Assembly: GCA_977016875.1 (NCBI GenBank)
Contig: CDRNST010000080.1
Location: forward strand, 682,001 to 746,000
Reading direction: 5' to 3'
From: Pavona decussata
Taxonomy: Eukaryota
Length of the DNA: 64,000 nt
Positions 1 to 13,300 of this stretch are shown here, one piece after another. The position numbers and the translations under genes are program-made. The notes under the pieces were generated by a model. It was not told the origin of the DNA and searched no databases. It saw only the letters and a program-made list of their open reading frames with translations. The first letter of the stretch is position 1. Every line of letters begins with the position of its first letter.

Positions 1-1461
1 AGTCGGAGCGAGGCTCGGGATGGGTTATTGAAAGAATAATGGACTGAGGCATACGTGAACGTTGCACGCTATCAGCCACTGCACAGAGGAACTTACTTGG
101 GTCTTCCACAAAAGCTGAATAACAAAAAAAGGGATAATTAATGACCAAAACAGGGATAACGAATGTTTGAAGTGGGCGATCAGAGCTGCTTTATATCCTG
201 CACCAAAACGTAAGAATCGAACCCATAAAGACAAAGCAGCTATCCGGTTTAAGATCGATTACAAAGGGGTTGACTTTCCAACACCGGTGAAACAAGTAAA
301 CAAGCTTAAGGCGCAAAACACAAACCTTGTAACAAATATATTTGGCTGGTAGAAGGATTATGTAATAGTGCACAGGTTAAGTAGGAAAGATAAAAAAAGT
401 ACCAAGGATATACCTTATGCTTATTAAATCGGGTGAAAAGCTGCACTATTGCTATTTAAAACGCTTAAGCGCATCGCTCTTCGATCAGAGCGAAAAAATG
501 CAACGCAAACACTATTGCGTTATGTGCTTAACTGGGTTTTCAAGAGAGGATTTGCTTGAGAATCCCCAAAAAATACTGCAATGGAGTTAATGGTAGACCA
601 AGAAGGATTGATATTCCTGAAGAGGGAAATAAAGCGATTTATTTCAAAACTCACCATAAATCACAGGGTGAAATAAGGCGTTTACGTTTCAGGTTTTCTA
701 ACTGATACTTCACGGAAACATGAATGTCCGCAGGCGGAAATTTGAAAAACCGTTACGTGAAACAGGTGTGTACATTAGCGGCTCTGCGGAAACGCATTCC
801 TTAAATTTACGTATCAGCACGGTTTACGCAGTTACCGAAACTCTTATAGCCGTCATGTTTTCCCGAGAGAATGTTCGCAGGCAACACCATAAACAGACCG
901 GAAGGTACCATACGTAATATATGCAAACTTTGAGGCTTTGGCACAGAAGATTCATCGTTGTGCTAGAAGAGAAGGGATAACGGAAAGCTACACTGACAAG
1001 ATGGAACTGCATGAGGCTTGTGGGTTTGCCGGCTTACAAAGTTGTAAGGTCTGATGGTGAGGTCTTTGGGCAAAGAGTTTACAGAGGTGAAAACGCAGTG
1101 GGAATGTTTTTAAATAGCATTATGCAAGAGGAGGTGGCAATAAGAGAAAATTTGGCCACCCCAAAGCCACTTGTGATGACAGCAGAAGACTTGAAAAAAC
1201 ACAACAACTCAACCGAATGTCATACTTGTAAAACAATTTGATAAAAGTTCTTTTCTTTTACTCAATTGCTGCTTATGACCATGATAAAGGTGATTATTGC
1301 GACCAAAGTCACAAAAGATGTTATTACGAAGCACTGAAAAAAATACAGTTCGTTGGACCAAGAACAGAAAGAAAAGAAAAAAAAACTTGATTGACCAATG
1401 GATTGCAAATAATCAAGTAAAATGTTTGTTTTGCTCAAAAACTTACATGAGTGAAAACCAC
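1..1461 (+). pseudogene. Decayed Polinton/Maverick-type protein-primed DNA polymerase B fragment (copy 1)
   Basis: Frameshifted pieces SERGSGWV, DNECLKWAIRAALYP, GVDFPTPVKQV, YKVVRSDGEV..YRGENAV..FL and ECHTCK match the N-terminal part of metazoan Polinton-like pPolB. Many stops and frameshifts. Confidence 0.8.
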
Positions 1462-1464
1462 ATA

Positions 1465-1631
1465 TGCTTCTTCAGAGCAAGCCCTTGAAAAAGACTGGAA
1501 AAGTATCTACAGCAATGCATTTAGATGCGCAACAGACACCAAAAGGCGTGAATTTCAGTACAAGATAATTAATAGAATACTTCCTTTAAATGATTTCCTC
1601 TTTAAAATTGGTAAGACAAATTCTCCTTTGA
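1465..1631 (+). mobile_element. L1/Tx1 ORF2 C-terminal (zf-RVT region) fragment
   Basis: DWKSIYSNAFRCATDTKRREFQYKIINRILPLNDFLFKIG resembles VKAFQYKILNNILYTNAKLCKIG of the L1 at 44.7 kb. Confidence 0.75.
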
Positions 1632-2156
1632 GGTATAATAATGAGCCGGATCTAACCGATTCTGTGTCAGACATATCTTTCGGAAGTTCTTAAAAACATC
1701 TTCCAGCAGTGCCACATCCGTTTCTACGTATAAATCGTGATAATCGCCAAGGTTTTTGCAACTAAATACCTGCCAGACCATCTGTGTGCGGGCATATTCC
1801 TCGACTGTTATGTGCTCATCGTTAAGCTTGTTGTAAAATTGATCTAATGACTCTTTGGGTGTTGCGCTTACAAGTGAATCAGGGCTTCCTTGCAAAAAAT
1901 GTAAGCTGTCAATGAAACAAAGACCTCCAACTGAAAATGTAACATGTTTTCCCATGTAATTGGCAATGCATTTTATCTCTTTCTTCAGCTTTGACACCGC
2001 TTGCATTAAATGATGCACGTCGTAGCCCCTTAGGTTGTGGAATATAACTGGTATTTGGTCCGTCTTGGGGTTTATTCGCAATTTTAAACTACGTTCATTG
2101 TGCGCGGTCCCGTGGTACTTGCCTGTTATGTGGTAATGGTTCTTTATAGAGTCTTT
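1632..2156 (-). pseudogene. Continuation of the pPolB (exonuclease region), inverted
   Basis: IPVIFHNLRGYD.H, FIDSLHFL, LGDYHDLYVETDVALLEDVFKNFR and LDPAHYYT are typical Polinton-type PolB motifs. The sequence continues directly from position 1461 when compared with copy 2. Confidence 0.85.
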
Positions 2157-2239
2157 GTAGCTGCATCAAATTTCCTTTTTGCAGAGGGGCTAATCGAAAT
2201 CTTTGACACCAGAATATAATAAATTTTTTTAGAGGACAA

Positions 2240-2885
2240 TTCGCTCAGCCGTGAGAGAAAAACAAATCTCCTCTCCATTGTTTCCGCCATTGATTTTCTC
2301 TCTGGTACTGTACGTTTCCTGCAGAAAAAAAAGATATCTGCTTTTTGTTTTAATAACCAGTTGAAAATGCATTTCCTTTTTTCGAAAGAACGGATCCCTC
2401 TTACATTCAAAGAAAGCAGTTATAATTGAAAATTGTTACCCTCCGTCGGGTAAAAAAAATTATTAACGGCTTTGAGCATTAGATCACTTATAAAAATATG
2501 CAATATGGCAACTGGTATTTATATGAATTGAATGCAAGGCACAAACTAGAAACAAACTGACTTGGACATGCGCGGGCGTAGCGTGAGGCACGCGTTTTGG
2601 TGCAGCGTCTTTGTCCCCAGTTTTTTTTTTTTTCCTACAAACCGAAAGTAATCCAACTGTTTAGAAATTAAAAAGCAGAGAATGATAAACGATACATTCA
2701 TATGACTAGAAAAGGTCGAAAACACAAACGTGGTGACCGCGGTTCCGTGGAAGAAGGGCAGTCAGTTTCAAAGTGTACTAACATGGCGGCTGCCGAGGGC
2801 GAAACCTTCGAAACAGAACCTCCAACCACCGAAGACCGCCTCTAAGAACCCAGTCTAACCTAATTAAGAGAGATGCTAGTGGATG
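2240..2885. mobile_element. Duplicated L1/L1 junction: ORF2 start of element A (-) joined to ORF1 start of element B (+)
   Basis: Minus strand encodes LNVRGIRSFEKRKCIFNWLLKQKADIFF (APE start); plus strand encodes MTRKGRKHKRGD from about 2702. Colinear with 30690-31212. Confidence 0.8.
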
Positions 2886-2889
2886 TAAG

Positions 2890-3662
2890 AAAAAAATATT
2901 CCATTTTGCCGTGCGTCTGTACTCTGATAACGCACAGATGACGTCAAAACGTGGTGAGAACAAAGAAGTACGCTACGAGCCGCAGGCAAGTAGCGTGACT
3001 GATGTTCTCACCACGTTTTGACGTCCTCTGTGCGTTATCAGAGTACAAACACACGGCAAAATGGAATCTATTTGTTTTATACAATAACCAAGACGTTTCA
3101 ACACATTTCGTGAGCGAACATCGCGTTGCCTGAGCTGAGTCAAAACTTTTCCAGCAAACTCAGTTTTAGACTACTACACACAAGCAATTGTGATCTTCTA
3201 AATTAGAGTATAATTCGAAAGAATTTCACTAAAAATTTTTTTCAAAACTAACCTTTATTCCAGAAGGAACTCCTGACCCCAAAATAGTACAGGATGTAAG
3301 TCGCTTCACTGCGATTTGTAATCAATTACTCGCCAATACCGGATTTCTATCGGTGACATATTTCGATAAATATTTGCTTCCTTTTCATGTCACAACAAAG
3401 TTCCAGCTTTCCTATCCTGGTTGAGGTCACTCTCAGAACGGTCTTTGTCCAATTTTTTATTGGGCTGTTTTCCTTTCCTGCGAACATTTGCCTGTGTTTG
3501 TCCGCTACTCGCAAAAACAATTTGCAAAACTTTGTTGACCAGTCGCTCTGGCTGGCCTTTAGACTCTGACTCTGACTCTGACGTCAATCGTGCGTCTATA
3601 CTCTAATTACACACTCCTCTAGACCAATCAAAACGCGAGTCTTACACAGTTTATTGTATAAA
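2890..3662. mobile_element. About 780-bp non-autonomous element with a long terminal hairpin (possibly Crypton-type)
   Basis: Reverse complement of 47429-48217. Positions 2890-3080 form an approximately 190-bp imperfect palindrome. Family assignment is inference. Confidence 0.7.
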
Positions 3663-6600
3663 CAATACTACTCCATCTCTGAGAAGATAGAGCGATTTGT
3701 TGAGAAAAATTTAACAGCCTAATGAACCAGAGTTCATCTGATGTTTCAAGAAATGTATGAAGAAAGTCTAGCATGTGGTTACTGGTCAACACATTGATTT
3801 TTTTTTTAATGCCACACTAGCAACTTGTCAATTATATTATTATATGACTAGATCACTTAACACTCTGTAACTGATGAAAAACATTTGAACTGGTCAAACA
3901 ACAACGATTGAAGTGAGTGAAATGCCTGAAGCTCCAATGATTTGCCACACCCAATTGCCATTAACATCCTCACTGTTTATTATCCTGTCAACTCTTATGC
4001 AATCTATGCAGGCTATAGAAAGTGGCTTTTATACATTTGCACCTTTAAAAGTGTAGGCATTTGTTTATACTGTCTTAAAATCAGTAATACACTTAATATG
4101 TTATAATACACACAGGGCACAGATTTCACTAGCACAGCAGGATTTGATGTACTCTGTAAGCGCATGAGAGATGGGAAACAGATGTGTCAGGATTTTGAGA
4201 TGAGGTACTTTTATTACATGGGATGCCCTGATGGGCAGACTGTGTCTAAAATTCGGCTTAGTTGTTTTTTTTTTTCTTCATGGTAGCTTCAAATCTGCAC
4301 ATTGATTTATTCATTAAACTCCGCTCTCTCCTAGAAGGGATCTATTATTCTGATTGTCTTGAACAAAAATGGCCGAATCAAAATCTATTATCGGCGTGTA
4401 TATCATGAAGGAGGGGATCCCCTCATCCATGCCTGTGTGACGTCGAATCATCATTTGACCTAATGGCTTAAACAGATTGTGATTGCCAATGCATTAAAAT
4501 ACAGTACGACACTAGTGTATTCTTGTTTCATTCTAGTCCTAAACAGGGTGTGATTTTGGGTTAAATGTTTTAGAGACGGCCCGAAAATTTTGAATTCTGT
4601 CTTAAACGGGATAGGGAAATCGGAGAATTGTGTCTTAAACAGGGTCAGGGTTTGAACGCCCGGGCCGCACTCTTGAAGATGCGCGGGTGATTTGGGAAAA
4701 GGAAATGGAACAATGCTGTGATGTAAGTATTGTGTTAAGTTGGTTGAAGGTGGAGGTTTTCACCCAAACATGCTGCAGTAAATTAGGTGCAATCTTTTCC
4801 TGTGTGTCTTGGCTTGTCTGTTTTTGTCATTTTTGTTTGTCTATACCTTCGTTAGCTCTTTGTTGGCCGGCATTTTGGGGGTTTGGGGGGAGCAGTATGT
4901 GAAATAACCACTAGCGCTTTGTTATGTACGTATGTTTCCCGCAACACCGTAAGGTATATCATTGTCAACACTGATTATCACGTTTCTAGCGTTTGGCTGT
5001 GGCTGAATGGCCATTGGAGCTTTGGTCCATAAAGTAGGTTGCCTTCCAGCTTTCACTGTATTCTAAGACACCTACATGTACCTTCAAACGGCTTTACGTT
5101 TAAGCAACTCTAGGACTCTTTCATGTATTCAGTATCTTCCAGCTGTTACACTGGTCGTGGGACATGTATACAACTTCTTCCTTGGAACTATTTCTTCATT
5201 AACTGCAAACTAAAGGTTTCAATTTCCTTTTTGGCAATTGCAAGTTCGCGGGTTTGAGTATCGCACAAACAGCGTTTTAAACAGTCATCATTGAAATCAC
5301 CACTATCACCATATCGAATGTGTGTACTAATATTTATCCTATGCCATAGAGAATAGAGCCAATCAGAGAAGCTAGAAACCCGTTACATATTCTGCGGTAT
5401 GCAACGGGCAGTATTCCACGAAAAATTCCTTGCGTTTCTCGCGGCGTACAAAGGCTTTTATACATTTAATGAGCAATACCTATTTATGTTTTTAATTTTT
5501 TTTTATCACAATTCTGTTCTTTCAAGAAACGTTGCCAATCGGTTGAACATTTTTACTGTTAAAGCATTTTAAAAAAGAGTGACGTTTTGTGTTAATTCAA
5601 TTTTGACTTGCCTGCTACTATCAAGGTAGCTTTTTCTCTGGGGGGGGGGGGGGGGGGTGGCAATGAGTTGTTACGTAACAGGTGTTTCGAAAATCGCTCC
5701 TATTACGGCTGTACTGTCAATCAGAGTGAGTGTTACGTAATCAAAATTATTTATTTTAAACTGCTATTTCAAACTCTGGAGGAAGAAAGGATCGCGTTTT
5801 TACGGAATGCAATGTGGGTGTACACTAACACAACTTCGCTGAACTGCGTTAAGGTGGATGAGGTAAGAGTAGCATGCGCAGAATCTGACAAACTTTAATT
5901 GTAAAAGCGCTAGCGTTTCTGGCGTCACAGGCTTAAATGGCTGTGTCGGTTTCTAAATATTATGTTCTGGGCTCTTACAGCAGATCAAAATGAATCGAAT
6001 ATTAACACTCAACTGCGCTCTGCCTTTGTTTTGTTGATTGAAGTTTTGCGAGAGTGGTTTTACTTGAAGTTTAATTCCCTCAAGTATAGTATATAAATAA
6101 TACCAACCTCCTATTGCCCTAAAGTTCATTAAACCTCCAGCTCCACCACAACGCCCCTCAATCTCCCCAACCCCACGCGTTCCATTTATTCCTTCTAATG
6201 AAAAAAAAAAATGAAACATTTAGGAATAGGGAATACAATGATGACATGTTATCCCTCGTAAGAGGTTTTGAAGTTGCTGAAGTACAAAATGGCTTTTAAA
6301 TTATCATGTGTCACCGAATGTTTGCAAGAATGTCGTCCCAAATTCATGAACACTTCAAAGAGAAATCTCACACATTTTCTGCATATTTTAATTCCAGAAT
6401 ACGGTCAATCGAATGAAACCTTATGCTGTGAGGCGCTACAGAGATTTCATGGCATTTTTGGTTTTAGTAAAATCTCTGTAAGACAGTAAAAGAAGAAAGC
6501 AATACAAAAAAAAAAAAAAAAAAAGCGTTTATGTGTATCTTTCCGAACCGACAATTTAGATAAAGATAAATTATGCGTTGTTTACTTTTCGCCAGGTCAC

Positions 6601-7117
6601 TTCGCTCTTACACCAAAGTAATTGACTGCTCGAAAAGTTGCATTAAAATTTCCTTGCACTGTCTGGAAGCTAGATCCACCCAATATGGTTTACTCATTTA
6701 TACTGAAAGTTTACGCTGCACTTTTTACACAGATTTGCGAGGAGGTGAGGAAAAACCTTGAACGGTGTGCAGTGGATTCAGACATTCATCTGTTTATTAG
6801 CATCAAGCAGACTGGCTCAGAACGACCAGGTCAGTTCTCTTAGCTGAACTAGAACTGCATAACTAGGGGCCATTGTCATTAAACCGGGGTGGCCGGTTCG
6901 GTTAAAGGAGGCTGTTACGTGGGGGATGCATATGGTGGTAGGGGGATTTTAAGTTGTCAACCAGAAACTTATACATGAACGTTGATATTTCCAAACCACC
7001 CTCCTCTCCCTACCCCCACTGGGCATTGATTGACGTTTTCTTTTAACTATGTGGTACATGCTGATGTGAATGAGTAACGGGTGATGTTGAGGTTTTTCTT
7101 GTCATTGGCCGGAAACA

Positions 7118-7202
7118 GAGCCTCCCACGCAGTCGTTTTTAGGGGAACTCGTATGGGGAGGAGGTTATACGAGTCCTCTAAAAACGACTGCGTGGGAGGC
7201 TA
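7118..7202. mobile_element. hAT-type palindromic MITE
   Basis: Arms AGCCTCCCACGCAGTCGTTTTTAG / CTAAAAACGACTGCGTGGGAGGCT; 8-bp TSD CGGAAACA at 7110-7117 and 7203-7210. Confidence 0.85.
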
Positions 7203-7859
7203 CGGAAACAGTGGCGGAAGTTGGTCAATGGCAGCCATTCACAGCACGTGCTGACGGCACTTTATAGCCCATGGTTGTGTGCTCAGTGACCTGGCCTTTG
7301 AGTGGAAGCATAGAAGCATGGAAATGAGGCTGGAGATGAGTTTGTCTGATACAAACCTTGGTGCTTTTCATATAAAAATCGTGTCGTTCTTGTGCTAACT
7401 AGTTTTCATTTACTTTTGAAAAGTACTGAGGTTTGTATCAAAGAAAGTCAACTTCAGCCTCACTTCCACGCAAAGGCCAGGTCACAAAGTACTGAACAGT
7501 AAAATGGGCAATTGAAAGTTTTCTATTTGTACTTTCTACTGGTCAGTTTTTAAATAAAAACCGATCTATCGTATAAGTTTGTTTGTACTCTTTTCCCTGC
7601 AGCTCGAATAGAATATGAGAATCGAACTTTTACATGACGCAGTCATCACAGAAAGTGTTGTCACCAAGCAGTGGTGTAAATATCAGTGTCTGGGACATTC
7701 CAGCATTCCAAGGACACAAGCATGGCCCAGCCAGATGGCACCCCCAAAACAGGGTGAAACCGGCCACAAGTACCAATCCCTGACATTCCAGCTCAAGGTG
7801 AGACAATATAGAGCGCATTTTGGGGGAATATTTCGGAGTGTGTATGCTTGGAAGAGTCA

Positions 7860-8490
7860 ATAATCGTGTTCATCGTTCACACACTTACACACACTTATCC
7901 AGTCTTTGGTAGGTGGATGATACTCAACATTTTTAACATTTATAAATACCAAGTCTCTTGCTTCATTTTCCTCCACATACAGAAGCTCCTGCCCACTCCT
8001 CTATCATCTCTATTCGTGTTTAACTCTGATTATCATCAATACTTCACTAGACAAAAAGACACCTTACATCTTTATTCTCATAAACACTCTTTTGCACTTC
8101 GTGTACATGCCCCTCAAATTTGGAATGACATCCCTCTTTCCTTACGTAATTCGCTTACTATCTCGAATTATAAACCAAAACGTAGATATTACTTCCAATC
8201 AATTTCTTCCAATCATTGTGAATTCATGTCTTTTTGAACTCTCGTACACATGGCTTAGCTTGATTTGATAATCTAATTAATTTTAGTGATTATTTTCATT
8301 ATTACAACTATTGCTATTATTAATATTAAAATTTATTTATTTAGTTATTGTAAAATAATGGCATCATCTTGATCAATCTCATGTATGATTTGTGCCATAT
8401 ACGCCCCTGGCTTCTTCATCTTAATATCGATTTTTTACTTATTACTGTGTACTCTCTCGTGTTATTATTATGAATAAAGAGAAAACTGAC
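7860..8490 (+). mobile_element. 5'-truncated CR1/L2-group LINE 3' end
   Basis: LNIFNIYKYQ..HQYFTRQ..FALRVHAPQIWNDIPLSLR is a typical ORF2 C-terminus of this group, followed by an AT-rich UTR and AATAAA at about 8473. Confidence 0.65.
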
Positions 8491-9038
8491 CTATTTTGTT
8501 TTCGGAATGAGTGCAAAAGCATTACATTCTGTTCCCGATAACAAGGGTTCACTTTTGGGAAAATTTGAGCGGGACAATCGTGCGTGACCCACAAGGGTAC
8601 TCCACGAACCTTTGAATCCGAGCTTGTTTTCGGAGACGTTTTGCTCTTCGCAAAGCCTTGATGTCAGAAAGGCAGATAATTCTTGATGTTCATCCTCCCT
8701 AGTGCTTTCTGTACATGTTATCAGCTGAAATATCAATGAAAGAAAATCGCGTGTAAATCGCGTGATGTTCCGTAGTGTGTGACAATTGCGCATGCGCATA
8801 TCAGTTCGCTCTCGGGTCACTCGTGCTTTTTTTGTTTGTTTGTTTGTTTGTTTCTTGTGGTTGTCTTTTTGTTGTTGTTGTTGTTTTTCGGAAATTCTGT
8901 TCCCGTTAATTCTGTTATTCCTAAGCCGGACTATCAATAGCACGAATGGTTTGTACTTTCAACAGAATGCACCCAGAATTAGGCTATATTACCAGTTGCT
9001 GTTCGAGAAATGAGCCCACGCTCACTCCCTCTCGTGGA

Positions 9039-9306
9039 NNNNNNNNNNNNNNNNNNNNNNNNNNNNNNNNNNNNNNNNNNNNNNNNNNNNNNNNNNNNNN
9101 NNNNNNNNNNNNNNNNNNNNNNNNNNNNNNNNNNNNNNNNNNNNNNNNNNNNNNNNNNNNNNNNNNNNNNNNNNNNNNNNNNNNNNNNNNNNNNNNNNNN
9201 NNNNNNNNNNNNNNNNNNNNNNNNNNNNNNNNNNNNNNNNNNNNNNNNNNNNNNNNNNNNNNNNNNNNNNNNNNNNNNNNNNNNNNNNNNNNNNNNNNNN
9301 NNNNNN
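9039..9306. other. Assembly gap (N run)
   Basis: Run of N. Confidence 1.
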
Positions 9307-9747
9307 TGACCGTGCTTTGGATATGTGATCCTAATTACCATAAAATTTTGCCAACTTTTGCCTTGAATTTCTCCAAGAATTATTGATCATTTGAGAAGCC
9401 ATATCAAACACTCGAAATTGTGTTTCATTAGATATCCAAACACCTCGAAGTCGTTTAAAATAACTCGGCTGCGCCTCGTATTTTCTCAACCTACTTCTCA
9501 GTGTTTCGAGTAATATATCAAACACGAGCTCGAGGAAGAGTGTTTCCTCCGATTTCCAAACACCGAGAAGCAGGTTGGAAAAACGTGGTGGTATTTTCTG
9601 ACCATGGACTCGCAGTTTAAAAGTTCAACTGACATCTTGTTCTCGTTCCACCATTATTGACCCCAGACAGGGAATCGTTCGTACTCCAAGAAGCCCCTTC
9701 TTCAACGTTGGCATTGCACCATTAATTACAATAATTGTTTGTTTTAG

Positions 9748-9995
9748 AACCAGATGATTCAATGTATTCAACTGTAGCCCAGACAAGCAGACCCACCGAT
9801 TCAACCTCCCGACAACCCAAGGAACACTTTTGTCGCGCTTGCTTTGATTACGACGCACAAGGTGCGCAGGAATTATCTTTCAAAGCTGGCGATCTCATCA
9901 AGCTTCATTACAAAGAAGATTCCACGTGGTGGTGTGGAGAAGTTCACGGGAAAAAGGGGATGTTTCCAAAAGATTTTGTAGACTTAATTCATTGA
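9748..9995 (+). CDS. SH3-domain terminal exon of the PSTPIP-like gene
   Basis: gttttag acceptor at 9741-9747; open frame with canonical SH3 motifs; TGA at 9993-9995. Confidence 0.85.
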
Positions 9996-10019
9996 TGTTC
10001 AGGAAATAGAAATACTTTA

Positions 10020-10386
10020 GGACGGTGCCTACTTTTGTTCCTGCTCACAGGTTCTGCGCATCTCGAGATACTCGGGTTTCGTATCGGCGGTGCCTACTAA
10101 TAGAGGGATATTTTTGCGCGGTTTAAAAATATGCGGTAAAAGTAAAACTTAGGAAGTGCTTTTGGTGTCCAAAAAGATAACTGGAGGTAATCATACGTAT
10201 GCGTTGTTTTTTACTGCTTTTCAAATATTCGATTCTTAATTATCTCTAAAAAAAAAATAATAAATAAATAAAATGTCCCGCTACCCCCAATCTTCTTTCT
10301 GGATTCCAGTAGCCCATTAAGTAAGATCTGCGTTTCCCGCATAGTCATAAACTGTGCAAAAATACTTTTGTATGGAGGCACCGTCC
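10020..10386. mobile_element. Kolobok-like MITE in the PSTPIP-like 3' UTR
   Basis: TIRs GGACGGTGCCT / AGGCACCGTCC; homologous to 52499-52864, which has a TTAA TSD. Confidence 0.7.
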
Positions 10387-13300
10387 ATTGAACTTCCTGT
10401 TTCAAACTTACGTGTAGGTACCATGTTTGATAATTTAGCAGCAATATTTTTCGATTTCACTAATCCAATGTGATGATTTGAAATAACCAAATAGTAAGGT
10501 GTTCCCGGGGTTATTAACGTCGGTCCAACCTTTTAACGCTTAAAAGTTATAACCGCGTTTAACTGTGGAACTGGCCATTCATATACCGGCTAGGTCGTGT
10601 TAGATCACAAACTAGAGAACATAATTCGTGAATCCGTATATTTATATAGTTAGTAAATTTGTATTTGATAGCGTTCTTGACATGCTGGGCTTCATAGAAG
10701 TGACTGGCAGTCAGCAAAATTTCCATTTCATAAGAAAAAAAAAACTATTTTAAAATTTATTTCCATTTTCTATGCTTTTTTGTGTCTGGTTTATCTGTCT
10801 GTCTGTCTGTTTCTTTGTCTCGCTTATAGTATTTGGAGGACAGCTTATTGTTTCCCATCAGCTATTCCAATGCCATCTTCAATACCACGTTTTAGTCTCG
10901 CCCCCTACTCCTCAATCTGTCTTGCTGTTTAGGGACGGGTTTACAGTATTTGAAAATTACAGGAGAAATACCATAACCTTTCCAGCAGGACACTTGTTTT
11001 TTTTTTTTTTTGTTTGTTTGGTTTTTTTTGCATGCCCTCACGACATAAAAAGAAATAGCTCTTGAGAGGAGGGATTGGGAGGGATTGAGCTGGATCAAGC
11101 TTGCAATGGAGGTTCTTACGGGGGACCAGAGATACGAATACGGTGCATATGATGTGAGGTCGGGGAGGACTATTCGGTTAGGCTAGCTCCTATTCTCACT
11201 TGTCTGTTTACAGGAAAAAATGAAATGTCCCTAATAGGAGAACGAATTGGCAAGGGAAAGTCATCATTTGAAGAAAGTGTCATAAACATTTTAAGTAAGC
11301 TTATGCAAGTGCCTTTGATAATAAAGCTTTATGGATTTCATTACAATAGTAAAAAATGTAAGACAGGTTAAAAAGATATCACTCAGCGGCATCTTGTATC
11401 ATGAAAAGCCAGTGAAGAGAAATACGATTGCGATACAAAATATCTGATATTCTTCAATAATTCAGAGGATATTATAGAAATTCTTAATTTTAAGCGTCGT
11501 CTTTTATAGTTATAGTTGGTGTGCATTATACAGCTGATAACATTAACCAGCTTGAAATACAAGTGTGTTTAACAGCAATAAATGATATATATTTTCGTGA
11601 CCAGCGTGTTTTGCAATGCTCCTGTCTCTTCCCTGGGTTAACTGTGTGAAGCTTGAAGATCGTATTAAGTCTATTAAAAATCCGAATCTGTCCAAAATTC
11701 ACTGACCTGCTACAGTAAGCCTAGTCCGTTGGCGAGCTGGGTTTGTTACACATGGACAAATGCCTCACATGTCAGTCTGTTGAGTAATGTTAAGGAAGAC
11801 ATACAAGCAACAGCTACTAGTCTCCCTCGCAGTCTTTCTTTGTCTCGTCACGCAACGCTCCTCTTGAGTGAAGCGTTGTGTGACAAGATAAGTAGACTAT
11901 ACGACAACAAGCTGGCTTCTATGTTAGTTGTTATTTCAACAGATGAACGGAACAAGCAGGTACACATTTTCCCTGTACAAGGTATGATAAAGTGGTTATG
12001 GCAAGTGTCCTTAGTGGGGACCGCCTTTGCTTGTTTAGGGTAAATGTGGGCTACACATTACACTAGCATCCGATGAGCCCTTGAAACAACATTTATCGGC
12101 TGGGACATGGATATTTCATTAGCAAGAAGCCAATATGGCTAGTTAACCAAGACCAGGGGTGGATATGCAATTAAGGTACCATCTTTAAGGGTGAAGGATT
12201 GGGGGCACAAACTTGGACGTCAAAACTTTTTCGCAGTTAAGTCGGGGCTATGAGTACAGCAGACAATATCCTTGGTACATCAAGAATGTAACCCGGTCAA
12301 TGAAGCATGCTTGAATTTGCCGTAGGTGTATATTTAAATCGCCCAAATACTTGCCGTTGAACAGTTATCGCAAGAACCACAACTGAAGTATATTTAGTTG
12401 AACCAGGTTGAGCAAAATGACAATGATTGACTGATAGGAAACTGAAAAACTAAATTGTACTCCAATAAAGCGAGCGACAAAACGTTCGACCAAAAAATTA
12501 GCTTTAAAAGAGGAACAGCATGTATAACTTGAGGCGCCATCAAAACGCCGTTGTCCTGCGATTTCATTCATATCAGCTACAGAGGCTGTGCTTTGGAGCA
12601 TTACATCAGACTATAACAACGATCATTTTAAAGAATTCTACGCTAAAATAAAACACGATCATCCAGTTAAAAAAAAAAGGGATTTGCATACTATAGTTCA
12701 TTCTCAGTTCACTGAAAACCAAAGATAAGTGTCAGATTTTACTTTTTCACTCCCTTTCTATCCTTGATGTAGGCTTTTTGACGACTCCGCAGACAAAAGA
12801 AAGATTATCGGTTAGAAAACGCCATATTAAAATGATGCACAAAAGAGACTATAATAACAGATTTGCATCGATTTTGATCTAGCGTGTACAATGCCCAAAT
12901 GAGCGTCTACTACACGGACTCAGCTCGTGTGGGGAGATCAAGAGGATATCGACCGTGTGAACGCACTGGCCGTAAGACGCAGCAAGAGTATCTTTTAAAA
13001 ACGCGTTTGATTTCATTTGCTCCCTCGCCAAGAGAAACCTGGAAAGCTCGACTTGTCATTAAGTCTATTATTCTCAACTGCGCTAAAGAGCAGACTCGTA
13101 CGGACTCGCTATTTATTGGTATATGGGGCTAGAAAAGATTACATCAAGAATGGATTGACAAGCGCCTCAGTCCACCTCCTTATTCAATCTTCTCTCGCCC
13201 CACAAACTTAAAAAAAACGACTACGTAAAAGTCTCTCTAATATGAGGAACTTAACCGTGGCCTTGAATCTTGAACGAAAAAAAAAATGTACTATAAAATC

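Larger units (their letters stand above)
4116..9995 (+). pseudogene. PSTPIP1: PSTPIP1/2-like F-BAR + SH3 gene, partial and probably disabled. Exons 4116-4204, 5764-5862, 6733-6829, 7603-7797, 9748-9995
   Basis: Exons translate to GTDFTSTAGFDVLCKRMRDGKQMCQDFE, LFQTLEEERIAFLRNAMWVYTNTTSLNCVKVDE, ICEEVRKNLERCAVDSDIHLFISIKQTGSERP and a terminal SH3 (ACFDYDAQGAQELSFKAGD..WWCGEVHGKKGMFP). GT donors are present. The acceptor before 5764 is CTG, the 7603 exon hits TGA after ARIEYENRTFT, and the central F-BAR exons were not found. Confidence 0.8.

Noticed and set aside
8946-9386. ORFs containing X runs
   Set aside because: They span an assembly gap.
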